This document shows positions 8,055 through 16,881 of a DNA stretch of 49,357 nucleotides, in pieces. Made by a program: the position numbers and the translations under genes. Position 1 is the first letter of the stretch, and every line of letters begins with the position of its first letter. The notes beneath the pieces were generated by a model. It did no database searches, was not told where the DNA came from, and was given only the letters and a program-made list of their open reading frames with translations. Origin of the DNA: Acidiferrobacterales bacterium. GTDB taxonomy: Bacteria > Pseudomonadota > Gammaproteobacteria > Acidiferrobacterales > UBA6901. Location: positions 1-49,357 of the forward strand of contig DATEYP010000046.1 of NCBI GenBank assembly GCA_035256085.1, read 5' to 3'.

Positions 8055-8212
8055 TCCAACGCCGAGCGGGTGCGTTTCTCGGGAGTAGCGCCATCACGGT
8101 CGAAGCCACGTCGCTTCTCCGTATTAGCACGCGGCACAAAGCGCCAGCCGATCTCCTGCGCATAGGCATGGATGCGGGACTGGACTGTTTTATGTTCAGT
8201 GGGGATAGGCAT
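8051..8212 (-). pseudogene. hsdR: 53-codon 5' remnant of a second hsdR allele
   Basis: MPIPTEHKTVQSRIHAYAQEIGWRFVPRANTEKRRGFDRDGATPEKRTRSALD* against intact HsdR MKPSEHKTVQARILAYAQEIGWRFVPRAEAEMRRGF. It starts 3 nt after the STAND gene stop, and its stop overlaps the rloB stop at TTAA 8051-8054. Confidence 0.8.
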
Positions 8213-8215
8213 GTA

Positions 8216-11200
8216 TTACCTTTCAAATTCCTCAAGACCAGATTTCACGTCATTGATGCCTTCGATGCACATCTGGTCGATCAGATCAAGGCAGCGTGGC
8301 GCCCATTCATCGCGCTGGTGCTGTTGGTAGGTACGGAAAATCAGTTTCGCCACTGTGTGGACATCACCACCTCGCTGGGTGCGGATGTCCTTCGCTTCAT
8401 CGCTAAAACGTGCGAGGAATTTTTCGCAAACGACACAGGTAATACCTGGCAGTCGTCTCAGCGATTCTTCCAGTACGTGCAGAATCGGAAACGAGTCCTC
8501 CTGGTAGGCCGCGCTATCGCAAAATGCGGTGATGAGAGACTCGTACGATTCGAGCGGTTCTTTCTCGAGATAACGAAAACAAGACGCCGATGCACGGCGC
8601 ACTTCCGGAGTGTCGTCATTAAAGAGCTTCAACAAATGTTTTTCGCACCATTCCCGACACTCTGCGGAGGCGATATTACAAGCTGCGACGATGGCGACGC
8701 CTTTCCGTTGCGATGCATTTCCAGCCATTGCTTCTTCCACCAAATCAGCCGCAGAATGGCCATAGAGCACCGCGAGACTGGCAAACCGTGCGCCTGCGTT
8801 GTTTGCCTCTTCATCCGTTGAGCGAAGTAACTTTTCAACATATGGGCGCATTTCGCTGTAGTTCTGCCGGAGCCCATGGTAAATGAAGTGATCAGCGTAT
8901 TGGGTTGCCAATAAGCGGTCATCAGCAGAGGCAAGCGACTTGAAGAGGGAAATTGCCAACGGTGTATCGTGGCGAGCTACCGCCAACAGAGTTGAAGCGG
9001 CGCACGAACGCACTGAGACGCTCTTATCGTTCACCAAATGTTCCTGCGTAGTACGGAAGCGTTCGATGTAACTGGCATCCTTCAGAATAAGATCGCGAAT
9101 TGCCTCCGCTGCACGTCCACGTGTCGTGTTGATACCGTGCGTGAGGATGTCGCCTCCGTTGTAGGACTGACCACTTGTTGCCTCGACGTTCCATAACTCC
9201 TTTTCTGGATCTGGATGCTCAGTTGCTAACCAATCGAGCATCTGCACGGCTTCATCTGAAAGCGGCTCTTTAATACTACCGAGCAGATCGGCGATTGCCC
9301 TGCCGCACTCCTCGCGCGATTCACGATAAGCCTTCTGACAGACGGCGAGCTTCAGGTCAGTAGCTGCTGCCGCATCTTTGAGACCGTCCAGCGTCCGCTC
9401 GATATAGGCGGGATTAGTGCCCGGTGGAAATCGCAGGCTCAAGCGGGCAAACCGTTCCGGTTCATTGCGAACATACTCGCGCAGCATTCCAGCAAGCTCC
9501 CGCGCACCGCCTTTTTCTGGGTCGTCCCAACGATGAATTCGTTCCTCCGTGTGATATTTCGCAATCGCCTTAAGCCATTGTTCATCCGTCATCATATCTG
9601 CGTGTCCCTTCTCAATTGGCGATCCGACTGTGAACGTACGGATTCCACGAGGGGCGGCATCAGGTTCCCCAAATTTTCGTTCCAGTTCCTTGAACCGAGA
9701 TTGCGCATTCTTGCTCCGGAGTTCTGGTGGTATCGCTGAGAGCAACGTGTGTTGTGCGCGACCAGCGATCTTGTGCCCTCCGGCGGTGCGTTCGTATTTG
9801 GGCCTATACGCCAGGATCGCTGTTTCCAGCCGTGTCAGATTACCCACGGAACACGATGGAGCGATGGCCTGGATGAGTTGCATGGCGACCCAATATGGAC
9901 TATCTGCGTAGCCACAGTCGAATCGCCACGTCTCGGCACAGAGTAGCGTGGCGGCCTCGTCTGCAAAGTGAGAGGCTCCGCTTGTATACAGATTTAGAAG
10001 AAGAAAATTCGCGATATAAGTATCACGCCTGCGAAGCTCAGCAATGACAGGGCCAAGGGTGTCGGGTTGGTCTTTGGCCGCATGCCCTAACGCAGTAATC
10101 AACGAATTCAGGCAGGCGCTGTCAATCGTGTCGTATTCTTTCTCTTGCAAAAGAAGCCATATTGCACCACGTAACGGCGGTTCTGAGTTGGTTTTGTAAA
10201 CAGCTGCATCTGTAATTTCGAGAACAACTGGCAGAACGTACTGCACAAAAACAGCGGGCGCCTTTTCCGCAGCTTTGAGGAAATACCTGGAGCCAAAGGC
10301 ATCATGGCTGAATATGTCTCTCCACGGAACCCTTCCGTTCTCGTCTTTTTGTTGCTGAATAAGCGTTGAGCGCCTTTTTAACCAATGGGTGATAACTTCT
10401 GGAATCCATTCGGGCTTAGCCTCGGCTAAGCCATGGAGCATGCTCCAGAATGTGCTGTTAACAGCGATAGGCCCCCGTGCCTCATCAAGTGTTCCATCGT
10501 CAATCAGCCGCAAAAACAACTCAAAGAAACGTCGGCTACTCTCGTGGTCCGCCCATTCCACTACATGGCGTAGCCGTAGTGTCCAATCGCCCTCTTTCCC
10601 AACATATGGCTCCAGCAATTCGGCAACTCGATCACCAAATTGCCGCTGGTGGGACCGTAGGTAGTTCACAGCAACATTGACAAGCCATTCGTTCTTAGAA
10701 GCCAGCCACCCCGCTATGAGCCCACGCTTATCAGCAAGATGAAACCAAGTTGGTGAAACAAAGAAGTGTTGCCAAACGAGGGTAGTAAATTTGTCACGCT
10801 TACGCTGATCATATGCGAAGGCTTCCAGTTGCATATTTAACCATGGCTCCAGCACTGCCCATTCATCATCGCCAGGACCTTCCACGCTCACGAGCATTGC
10901 GAGAATTAGGTCTTTGATGTGAGCGCGAACGCGGCTGTCAGTAAGCAAAGTGCGAAGCTCGGAGCAATAACGCAAACGGTCTGCGTCGCGAAGATAGGCG
11001 AGAACCTGCCTAACCTGGGCGCGACGGAAGAGATGCTGCTCCGATGTAGTCAGGAACTCCGCAAGCGGGTGGTCTTTCGTGACAAACGCGCGGGCGAAAC
11101 AGTAGTCGAAAAAACTCTCGTGGCCAAATCCGTAACGTTTGCCATCGAAAGTGAGCACGCCTTCAGATGCCATCTGCGCAACGTAGTCAGTTGCAAACGG

Positions 11201-12757
11201 ATCGAGTTTCTCACGCGGCACAGAGAGTTGCTGAGTGCGAGTCATCTCCTCGCATAGCAGTTCGATGATCAGTGCCCATTGGTCGGTCAACAGAACGGCA
11301 CGCCCGTTGACAGCCCGGCGCTTCGTATCCCAGTAGCGGTCGAAGAGCTCTTTTGCTGTGTTGAACTTCGGAGCGGTCGCCGGGTTGAACTCAGCGTCGA
11401 GAAATAGGGAAAGGTTCTGTGGCAGACGCAGCAACTCCATTTGGCGCGGCTGAAGTATTTCGATACGAAAACCTGCGGCAGAAAATACCGCTTTCACTTC
11501 CTCGGGGGTGAACTCGGAAACTTCGACCTTGGCATGTTGCTCAGACACCATCCGACGGAGCCGATGATCATTTTCCCAATCAAACGCCCGGCAGACGACT
11601 ACCACATGCAGCTTGAGTCTTCCGCGAAGTCCGCGAGCTTCAGCAAGTAACCCCTCCACCGCATCGAAAAGCTCCGCACTCCGGCCGGAAGTTGTGCTGA
11701 CCGCATCCAATTGATCCACAACCAAAACAGCCTCCCTACCGGCGGCTGCCGCGGCCAATACGAGCGCAGGAGATTCTTCCAAACCAAGTTGCTGACCAAG
11801 ATCAGCGGTTGCCGAAACCGGTACGAGGCGATCGGCACGAAACACTAAAACCGGGGTTCCGCGGTTCCGCAGGCTTTCCACGAATTCGACGACGCAGCCG
11901 GTTTTACCAGTGCCCGCTTTACCAGTAAGTACGAAATCACCTCCGAGCGGCTCACTATCGACTTGACTGAGAAGCGCCTGCGTAGCGGTGCGGGAGATCA
12001 GAGACTGCCGAATGAGCTTCTTTCGAGCACCTTCAAGATAGTTCTTGGTTACCTCGGCAATGAGCGGACCTGCCGAATCCAGCTTTGCCAGCCGGCGAAG
12101 CTTGTATCCACGCGTCGCCATACGCTGCACAAGCAAATCTCGTGTTAGCGTCTGATGGACGGAATCCTCTGCAATGCGCCGTAACTCGGCGCTCGCCGAT
12201 TGCGGATCGCTGAGAAATAATGCACTTAGCCCCCACCGCACTTGCTCGTCGAGGCTTGCCTGGTCCATCGTGCGAACTTCAATGCGTCGCAGAACGTCGT
12301 ATGCCGACGCCGCGTTGATGTTGCTCCAGTACTTTCTCAGCCTCTCGAAATTAGCTTCTTGGACCTTGGCCGCGAGAAACTGGGTCTCAAACTCCGATGC
12401 CGATTCCGCCTGCCGTGCGCGCTCGCTGAGTTCTCGCAGTTCTGGTGCATCGCTGCTGGAAACGAACACAAACCGCTCGCTGTTTCCCGATAGTTCGGCA
12501 GATATAGCTTGCAGGAGGTTCACATCGGATGCAGCCAGAGACGCGAGGGTCCATTTGCCGTCTGGGTGGCTGCGCTTTGCCTGGTGCAGTTCGCGCGTTC
12601 CTCCGCTCGTTACCACGAACTCGGCCTTCGTGACTCCGGGGTCTTCAATGCGGATGCTCTCCACCTGCCCGTGCAGCATTCGCACGAACTGCGAAACCGT
12701 CCACGACGATTCGTAGCGGTTACCAAATTTGTCAGATGACCCGCCAGGAAGCGGCAT
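8216..12757 (-). CDS. 1513-aa tripartite protein: Cap4/DUF4297-like PD-(D/E)xK nuclease, STAND (NACHT-like) P-loop NTPase and a long helical/HEAT-like repeat region
   Basis: N-terminus GGSSDKFGNRYE...IRIED...ELHQAKR. Walker A LTGKAGTGKTG (nt 11900-11929), Walker B AVLVVDQLDA, then HVVVVCR. C-terminal HEAT-like units DKSVSVRSCAASTLLAV and DDTPEVRRASASCFRYL. Confidence 0.85.
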   Translation of the reverse strand: MPLPGGSSDKFGNRYESSWTVSQFVRMLHGQVESIRIEDPGVTKAEFVVTSGGTRELHQAKRSHPDGKWTLASLAASDVNLLQAISAELSGNSERFVFVSSSDAPELRELSERARQAESASEFETQFLAAKVQEANFERLRKYWSNINAASAYDVLRRIEVRTMDQASLDEQVRWGLSALFLSDPQSASAELRRIAEDSVHQTLTRDLLVQRMATRGYKLRRLAKLDSAGPLIAEVTKNYLEGARKKLIRQSLISRTATQALLSQVDSEPLGGDFVLTGKAGTGKTGCVVEFVESLRNRGTPVLVFRADRLVPVSATADLGQQLGLEESPALVLAAAAAGREAVLVVDQLDAVSTTSGRSAELFDAVEGLLAEARGLRGRLKLHVVVVCRAFDWENDHRLRRMVSEQHAKVEVSEFTPEEVKAVFSAAGFRIEILQPRQMELLRLPQNLSLFLDAEFNPATAPKFNTAKELFDRYWDTKRRAVNGRAVLLTDQWALIIELLCEEMTRTQQLSVPREKLDPFATDYVAQMASEGVLTFDGKRYGFGHESFFDYCFARAFVTKDHPLAEFLTTSEQHLFRRAQVRQVLAYLRDADRLRYCSELRTLLTDSRVRAHIKDLILAMLVSVEGPGDDEWAVLEPWLNMQLEAFAYDQRKRDKFTTLVWQHFFVSPTWFHLADKRGLIAGWLASKNEWLVNVAVNYLRSHQRQFGDRVAELLEPYVGKEGDWTLRLRHVVEWADHESSRRFFELFLRLIDDGTLDEARGPIAVNSTFWSMLHGLAEAKPEWIPEVITHWLKRRSTLIQQQKDENGRVPWRDIFSHDAFGSRYFLKAAEKAPAVFVQYVLPVVLEITDAAVYKTNSEPPLRGAIWLLLQEKEYDTIDSACLNSLITALGHAAKDQPDTLGPVIAELRRRDTYIANFLLLNLYTSGASHFADEAATLLCAETWRFDCGYADSPYWVAMQLIQAIAPSCSVGNLTRLETAILAYRPKYERTAGGHKIAGRAQHTLLSAIPPELRSKNAQSRFKELERKFGEPDAAPRGIRTFTVGSPIEKGHADMMTDEQWLKAIAKYHTEERIHRWDDPEKGGARELAGMLREYVRNEPERFARLSLRFPPGTNPAYIERTLDGLKDAAAATDLKLAVCQKAYRESREECGRAIADLLGSIKEPLSDEAVQMLDWLATEHPDPEKELWNVEATSGQSYNGGDILTHGINTTRGRAAEAIRDLILKDASYIERFRTTQEHLVNDKSVSVRSCAASTLLAVARHDTPLAISLFKSLASADDRLLATQYADHFIYHGLRQNYSEMRPYVEKLLRSTDEEANNAGARFASLAVLYGHSAADLVEEAMAGNASQRKGVAIVAACNIASAECREWCEKHLLKLFNDDTPEVRRASASCFRYLEKEPLESYESLITAFCDSAAYQEDSFPILHVLEESLRRLPGITCVVCEKFLARFSDEAKDIRTQRGGDVHTVAKLIFRTYQQHQRDEWAPRCLDLIDQMCIEGINDVKSGLEEFER

Positions 12758-12760
12758 GGC

Positions 12761-13981
12761 TTACTCCGTGGTAAGCGCTGCCAGTTCTGGCAAGTCGAGG
12801 TCGTGGACACGAATCTGCGCCGTCATCAACTGGTGCAGCAGGGTGCGGAAAAGGTCCGTTAAAGACTGCTTTTTATGTTCATGGATCATCACTTTCTGTT
12901 CCGCCGTGTCCAAGCAGTCAGCGATTTCCATCTGAACGTCTAGCTTCGGATAGAACACCGGCATTGAGCCCAAGACTGTGTTATTAAGGTTAGGCATTAT
13001 TGCGCCAGCGGCGTGGCTGTTCAGCCAAGCGATCACACCAGAAGTTGAGCACAGATAGGAGAGGAAACGGTTGTCTATATGATTTTGGCGCACACGTGCG
13101 AGGAAACAGCCAGTTCCACACAACCACCCCTCCTCATTCTTCGTTACCATTCCGTGCCGTCCAATCTCCCCTCGACGCGCAAAAAGTATGTCACCTGCCT
13201 CCAATTGATGTCGCTTCAGCCGAGCCGCAGTTTCGGAGCTTACTCGTGGCACATCTTCATGATTGATCCTATTTCCCCAAAGATGGGTCGGATTCACAAC
13301 ACCAACGCCTTCCTCCAGATAATCGTGCTTGTGGAGCTGGCTTCCGAAGGGACCGGTTTGTAAAAAGCCATAAGGCAAGCAAGCGAGGTTGCCGAGCGTG
13401 GTTGCTTCCCAACTCTCCGGCACGGGGCCGATTTCGGTTTGTTTTTGGGGTTCGCCGCGTAGGCCTTGGGTGAAGAGTTGGTGGAGGAGCGTCTTTTTCA
13501 GTTCGGCGGTGAGCTGTAGCAGCCGCTCCTGCTGCTCGATCGATCGCTGCACCACGCCCAACACGCCAGCGATCTTGCGCTGTTCGTCCTTATCGGGGCG
13601 AGGAACCGTTTTCTCTTTCAGGACTGTGAAGTGACGGTTGTATCCGCGATTTGGGATGTCGAGACTCAGTAGCGCGTAGTAGAAAAACTTTGGATCGAAA
13701 AGGTCTTCCTTCGGCTTCAGAACTTTTGTGCCGTCTGCTCCAAGAATGAATGGGAAATCCACATACTTCACGCAGCGTGTGTGATCCCCAAAAATCACCA
13801 TCGGAAGATCATCGCGGATAACCCGTTCCTCCACATCCGAGTAGCCGGCTATGAACGCTTGGCCTTGATCGACCACCGGGAAGCGACCGAAAGGCTGGAT
13901 GTCGGCCGAAAGTACTTGGTTCTCTCGCCCAACCTTCGTTTTGCGAACCGCTTCGGGAAATTCGATTGATGGCCAAGACAT
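12761..13981 (-). CDS. hsdS: Type I R-M specificity subunit
   Basis: Two target-recognition halves, each followed by the conserved HsdS helix (KKTLLHQLFTQGLRGEP and LFRTLLHQLMTAQIRV). Sits 3 nt from both neighbouring genes. Confidence 0.9.
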   Translation of the reverse strand: MSWPSIEFPEAVRKTKVGRENQVLSADIQPFGRFPVVDQGQAFIAGYSDVEERVIRDDLPMVIFGDHTRCVKYVDFPFILGADGTKVLKPKEDLFDPKFFYYALLSLDIPNRGYNRHFTVLKEKTVPRPDKDEQRKIAGVLGVVQRSIEQQERLLQLTAELKKTLLHQLFTQGLRGEPQKQTEIGPVPESWEATTLGNLACLPYGFLQTGPFGSQLHKHDYLEEGVGVVNPTHLWGNRINHEDVPRVSSETAARLKRHQLEAGDILFARRGEIGRHGMVTKNEEGWLCGTGCFLARVRQNHIDNRFLSYLCSTSGVIAWLNSHAAGAIMPNLNNTVLGSMPVFYPKLDVQMEIADCLDTAEQKVMIHEHKKQSLTDLFRTLLHQLMTAQIRVHDLDLPELAALTTE

Positions 13982-13984
13982 GGG

Positions 13985-15094
13985 CTATACCACCACTTCT
14001 TTTACATACTGCACCCGCTGTTCCCGCACCACCAACGCCCGCTCCCGTTCCAACTCTTCGCGCAGGGCCTCCTCCGTCGGCAGATAGAGCATGTATTTCG
14101 ACGCGAACAACTGTCGGTTCTCGTTGAGCACGGAGTATTTCACCACGGTGTGGTCTTTTTCCGTGCACAGGATGATGCCGACGGTGGGATTGTCGTCCGC
14201 GCCTTTTACCGTGTCCTCGAACAGCCGGACGTACATGTCCATCTGGCCGATGTCCTGGTGGGTCAGTTCGCCGGTTTTGAGATCGACTAGGACGAAGCAT
14301 TTGAGGATGTAGTTGTAGAACACCAGGTCAACGAAGAAGTCCTTGGTCTCCGTTGAGATGCGCTGCTGGCGGGCGACAAAGGCGAAGCCCTTGCCGAGTT
14401 CGAGCATGAAGGTCTGGAGTTTGCCGATGATGGCCTGTTCGAGTTCCGCCTCGCGGAATTCGTGGGCATCCGGGATGCCGAGGAACTCCAGGACATAGGG
14501 GTCTTTGATGAAGTCCTGGGGCGCGGGGGCAAGCGGCGCGGTCTTTTGCTGCATTTCTTCCGTGACCGCCGCCTTGTCGCGGCTCATCAGCAGGCGTTCG
14601 TAGTAGAGGGAGTTGATCTGCCTTTCCAGGGCGCGGGTACTCCAGTTCTGGCTGGCTGCTTCGGTGACGTAATAGGCTCGGGCGGCCTCGTTTTCAACAC
14701 GAATCAGTGCTTTATAGTGGCTCCACGTCAATTCGCTCCGCAGTGCGGAGCGAATTGAGAAGCAGGAATAAAATTGACGCATGTTGCGAAGACTTTGCTC
14801 CGAAAACCCCGTCCCGAACTCCGCGGTCAGGCGGATGGACAGGTTCCTGAGCAGCGCCGCACCGTACTCCGCCCGCTCTTCGCCGCGTTGCTCCTCCTCG
14901 ACTATTTTCCGCCCGACGTTCCAGTAGGCCTCGACCATGGCGAAGTTGACGGCCCGGTAGGCATTGGCGCGGGCAGCGCGGAGGATTTCGGCGATGGATT
15001 GGTATAAATCTCTCCGCGTCGCGGAGAGATTCTGGTCTCCGCGCGCAGGTCTGCCGCCTGATTTTGGTTTGGCTACGGCTTTCTTCCTTTTCAT
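13985..15094 (-). CDS. YhcG/DUF1016 PDDEXK-nuclease family protein
   Basis: YRAVNFAMVEAYWNVGRKIVEEEQ... and FVDLVFYNYILKCFVLVDLKTGELTHQDIGQMDMYV are typical DUF1016 blocks. The start is taken at MKRKK (15094), because the 31 upstream codons of the tracked ORF are REP sequence. Confidence 0.85.
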   Translation of the reverse strand: MKRKKAVAKPKSGGRPARGDQNLSATRRDLYQSIAEILRAARANAYRAVNFAMVEAYWNVGRKIVEEEQRGEERAEYGAALLRNLSIRLTAEFGTGFSEQSLRNMRQFYSCFSIRSALRSELTWSHYKALIRVENEAARAYYVTEAASQNWSTRALERQINSLYYERLLMSRDKAAVTEEMQQKTAPLAPAPQDFIKDPYVLEFLGIPDAHEFREAELEQAIIGKLQTFMLELGKGFAFVARQQRISTETKDFFVDLVFYNYILKCFVLVDLKTGELTHQDIGQMDMYVRLFEDTVKGADDNPTVGIILCTEKDHTVVKYSVLNENRQLFASKYMLYLPTEEALREELERERALVVREQRVQYVKEVVV

Positions 15095-15134
15095 GTTTTT
15101 CCCTGAGTCATGTGCCGATGCTTTGATGTAGATA

Positions 15135-15176
15135 CCCCTCACCCCAACCCTCTCCCGCAAGGGGAGAGGGAGCGAG
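15135..15176. repeat. REP family A copy in the hsdM-yhcG spacer
   Basis: The sequence is cccctcaccccaaccctctcccgcaaggggagagggagcgag. Confidence 0.8.
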
Positions 15177-15215
15177 AAATCCAGCAACGCGTGGCTTGAT
15201 ACGGATCAGACGCTT

Positions 15216-16847
15216 TCATACGCCAAGCCTCGCCAATATCAGCCGCAGGGCCCGATTCGTTTCCCTGGCCTCTTCTTCCAGGACGTTCAATTCTTCCACG
15301 ATTTCGGCAATGGGGCGATATTCCTCGCCCTCGCCGGTGTGGATGTAGCGGCTCGGCGAGATGTTGTAGTCGTTCTTGGCGATCTCCTCGCGGGTGACGA
15401 TGCGCGAATACTTGCCCACTTCCTTCCACGCGGTGAAGGTGTCGGCGATGCGGGCGATGGCGTCTTCGGGGATGTAGTTCTTGGGATCGCCCTTCACGAA
15501 CTCGCGGCTGGCGTTGAGCAGGAACAGCTTGCCCTGGCGCTCCTTGGGCTTCGAATTGTTCAGCACGATGACGATGCCCGGCGCGCCGGTGTTGTAGAAC
15601 AGGTTTTCCGGCAGGTAGAGCACGCCTTCGATGAGGTCTTGCTCCACGAACCAGCGGCGCACGTCCTTTTCCTTGTTGGTGTTGGCGTTGCCGCTGCCGC
15701 GCGAGGCGGCGCCGGTGTCGAGCACCACGGCGGCGCGGCCCTTGTCGTTGAGGCTGGCGAGGATGTGCTGCATCCAGCCCCAGTCGGCCTTGCTGCCGGG
15801 GAAGCCCGCGCCTTTGGGGAAGCGGTCGAGCTCGTCGGCGTCGTAGTCCTTCTCCTTGAACTCAGTCTGGTTCCACATGGGATTGGCCACCACGCGGTCG
15901 AAGGTCTGGAGGCGGTTGCCCTTGCGAAACTTCGGCTTGCGGAAGGTGTCGCCGATTTGAATCTCGCCTTCCATGTCGTGGATGATCATGTTCATGTTGG
16001 CCATGGCCCAGGTGCCAGGCTCGTTTTCTTGACCGTAGAGTTTGATCGGTGCGTACTGCCCCTCACCCCCGCCCTCTCCCCGCTTCGCGGGGCGAGGGAG
16101 TTTTTTGGCGGTGCGCATCTTCTCGTCCAAGACCAAGCGACACTTGATGAGCAGGCCGGCGGAACCGCAGCAGGGGTCGTACACGTCCATGCCCGGTTCG
16201 GTGTCCATGATGCGCGCCATGACGAGACCGACCTCGGCGGGGGTGTAGAACTCGCCCGCGCTCTGGCCCGAGCCTTCCGCGAACTTGCGGATGAGGTATT
16301 CGTAGCTGCGGCCGATGATGTCCGGCTCCACATCTTTGAGGCCAAGGTGCTTGGCGCTGATGGCCTCGATGAGGCTGGAGAGGCGGTCGTCATCAATGTC
16401 ACGCTGGCCATGGGTGGTGGCGTTGAAGTCCACGCGATCGATGATGCCCTTGAGCAGCGGGTTGGCGTCGGCGATGGCGCGCAGGTGGGTGGTGAGCTGC
16501 TCGCCGATCTTGTCCGAGAGCGTGCGGATAACCGACCAAACGGCGTCGTCCGGGTTCTTGGGCTCCAACGGCAGGTAGAAGCGCACCAGTTTCTTGTCGC
16601 GCTTCACCAGCTTGAAGGCCTTGGCGCGCGAGCCGACCTCTTGGGCGATACGGTTCAGCTCGTCATCGAAGACATCGCACAGACGTTTGGTGAAAATCAG
16701 CGGGAGGATGAACTCCTTGTATTTCGCGGCGTCCTTCGCGCCGCGAATGGAACAGGCGGCGTCCCAGATCCAGGATTCGAGGGATTTTTCTGTCTCGGCG
16801 GCCTTGGTCGGCACCTGCTGTCTCTTGGTATTGATCACTGCGGCCAC
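15216..16847 (-). CDS. hsdM: Type I R-M DNA methyltransferase subunit
   Basis: N-terminal HsdM domain, AdoMet motif DPCCGSAGLL and catalytic VVANPMWNQ. GTG start preceded by GGGAGGGGAG. Confidence 0.93.
   Translation of the reverse strand: MAAVINTKRQQVPTKAAETEKSLESWIWDAACSIRGAKDAAKYKEFILPLIFTKRLCDVFDDELNRIAQEVGSRAKAFKLVKRDKKLVRFYLPLEPKNPDDAVWSVIRTLSDKIGEQLTTHLRAIADANPLLKGIIDRVDFNATTHGQRDIDDDRLSSLIEAISAKHLGLKDVEPDIIGRSYEYLIRKFAEGSGQSAGEFYTPAEVGLVMARIMDTEPGMDVYDPCCGSAGLLIKCRLVLDEKMRTAKKLPRPAKRGEGGGEGQYAPIKLYGQENEPGTWAMANMNMIIHDMEGEIQIGDTFRKPKFRKGNRLQTFDRVVANPMWNQTEFKEKDYDADELDRFPKGAGFPGSKADWGWMQHILASLNDKGRAAVVLDTGAASRGSGNANTNKEKDVRRWFVEQDLIEGVLYLPENLFYNTGAPGIVIVLNNSKPKERQGKLFLLNASREFVKGDPKNYIPEDAIARIADTFTAWKEVGKYSRIVTREEIAKNDYNISPSRYIHTGEGEEYRPIAEIVEELNVLEEEARETNRALRLILARLGV
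16058..16100. repeat. REP family A copy inside the hsdM coding frame
   Basis: cccctcacccccgccctctccccgcttcgcggggcgagggag is translated in frame as LPRPAKRGEGGGEG, between the AdoMet motif and LYGQE. Confidence 0.75.
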
Positions 16848-16881
16848 TTCTCCCCTCCCTCATTGCCTGACTTAATTAGTA

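Noticed and set aside
8023-8235. Tracked 70-aa minus-strand ORF across the rloB/STAND junction
   Set aside because: It is in the wrong frame. The meaningful reading of this DNA is the 53-codon hsdR remnant (8051..8212) in a different frame, which is too short to be listed in the track.
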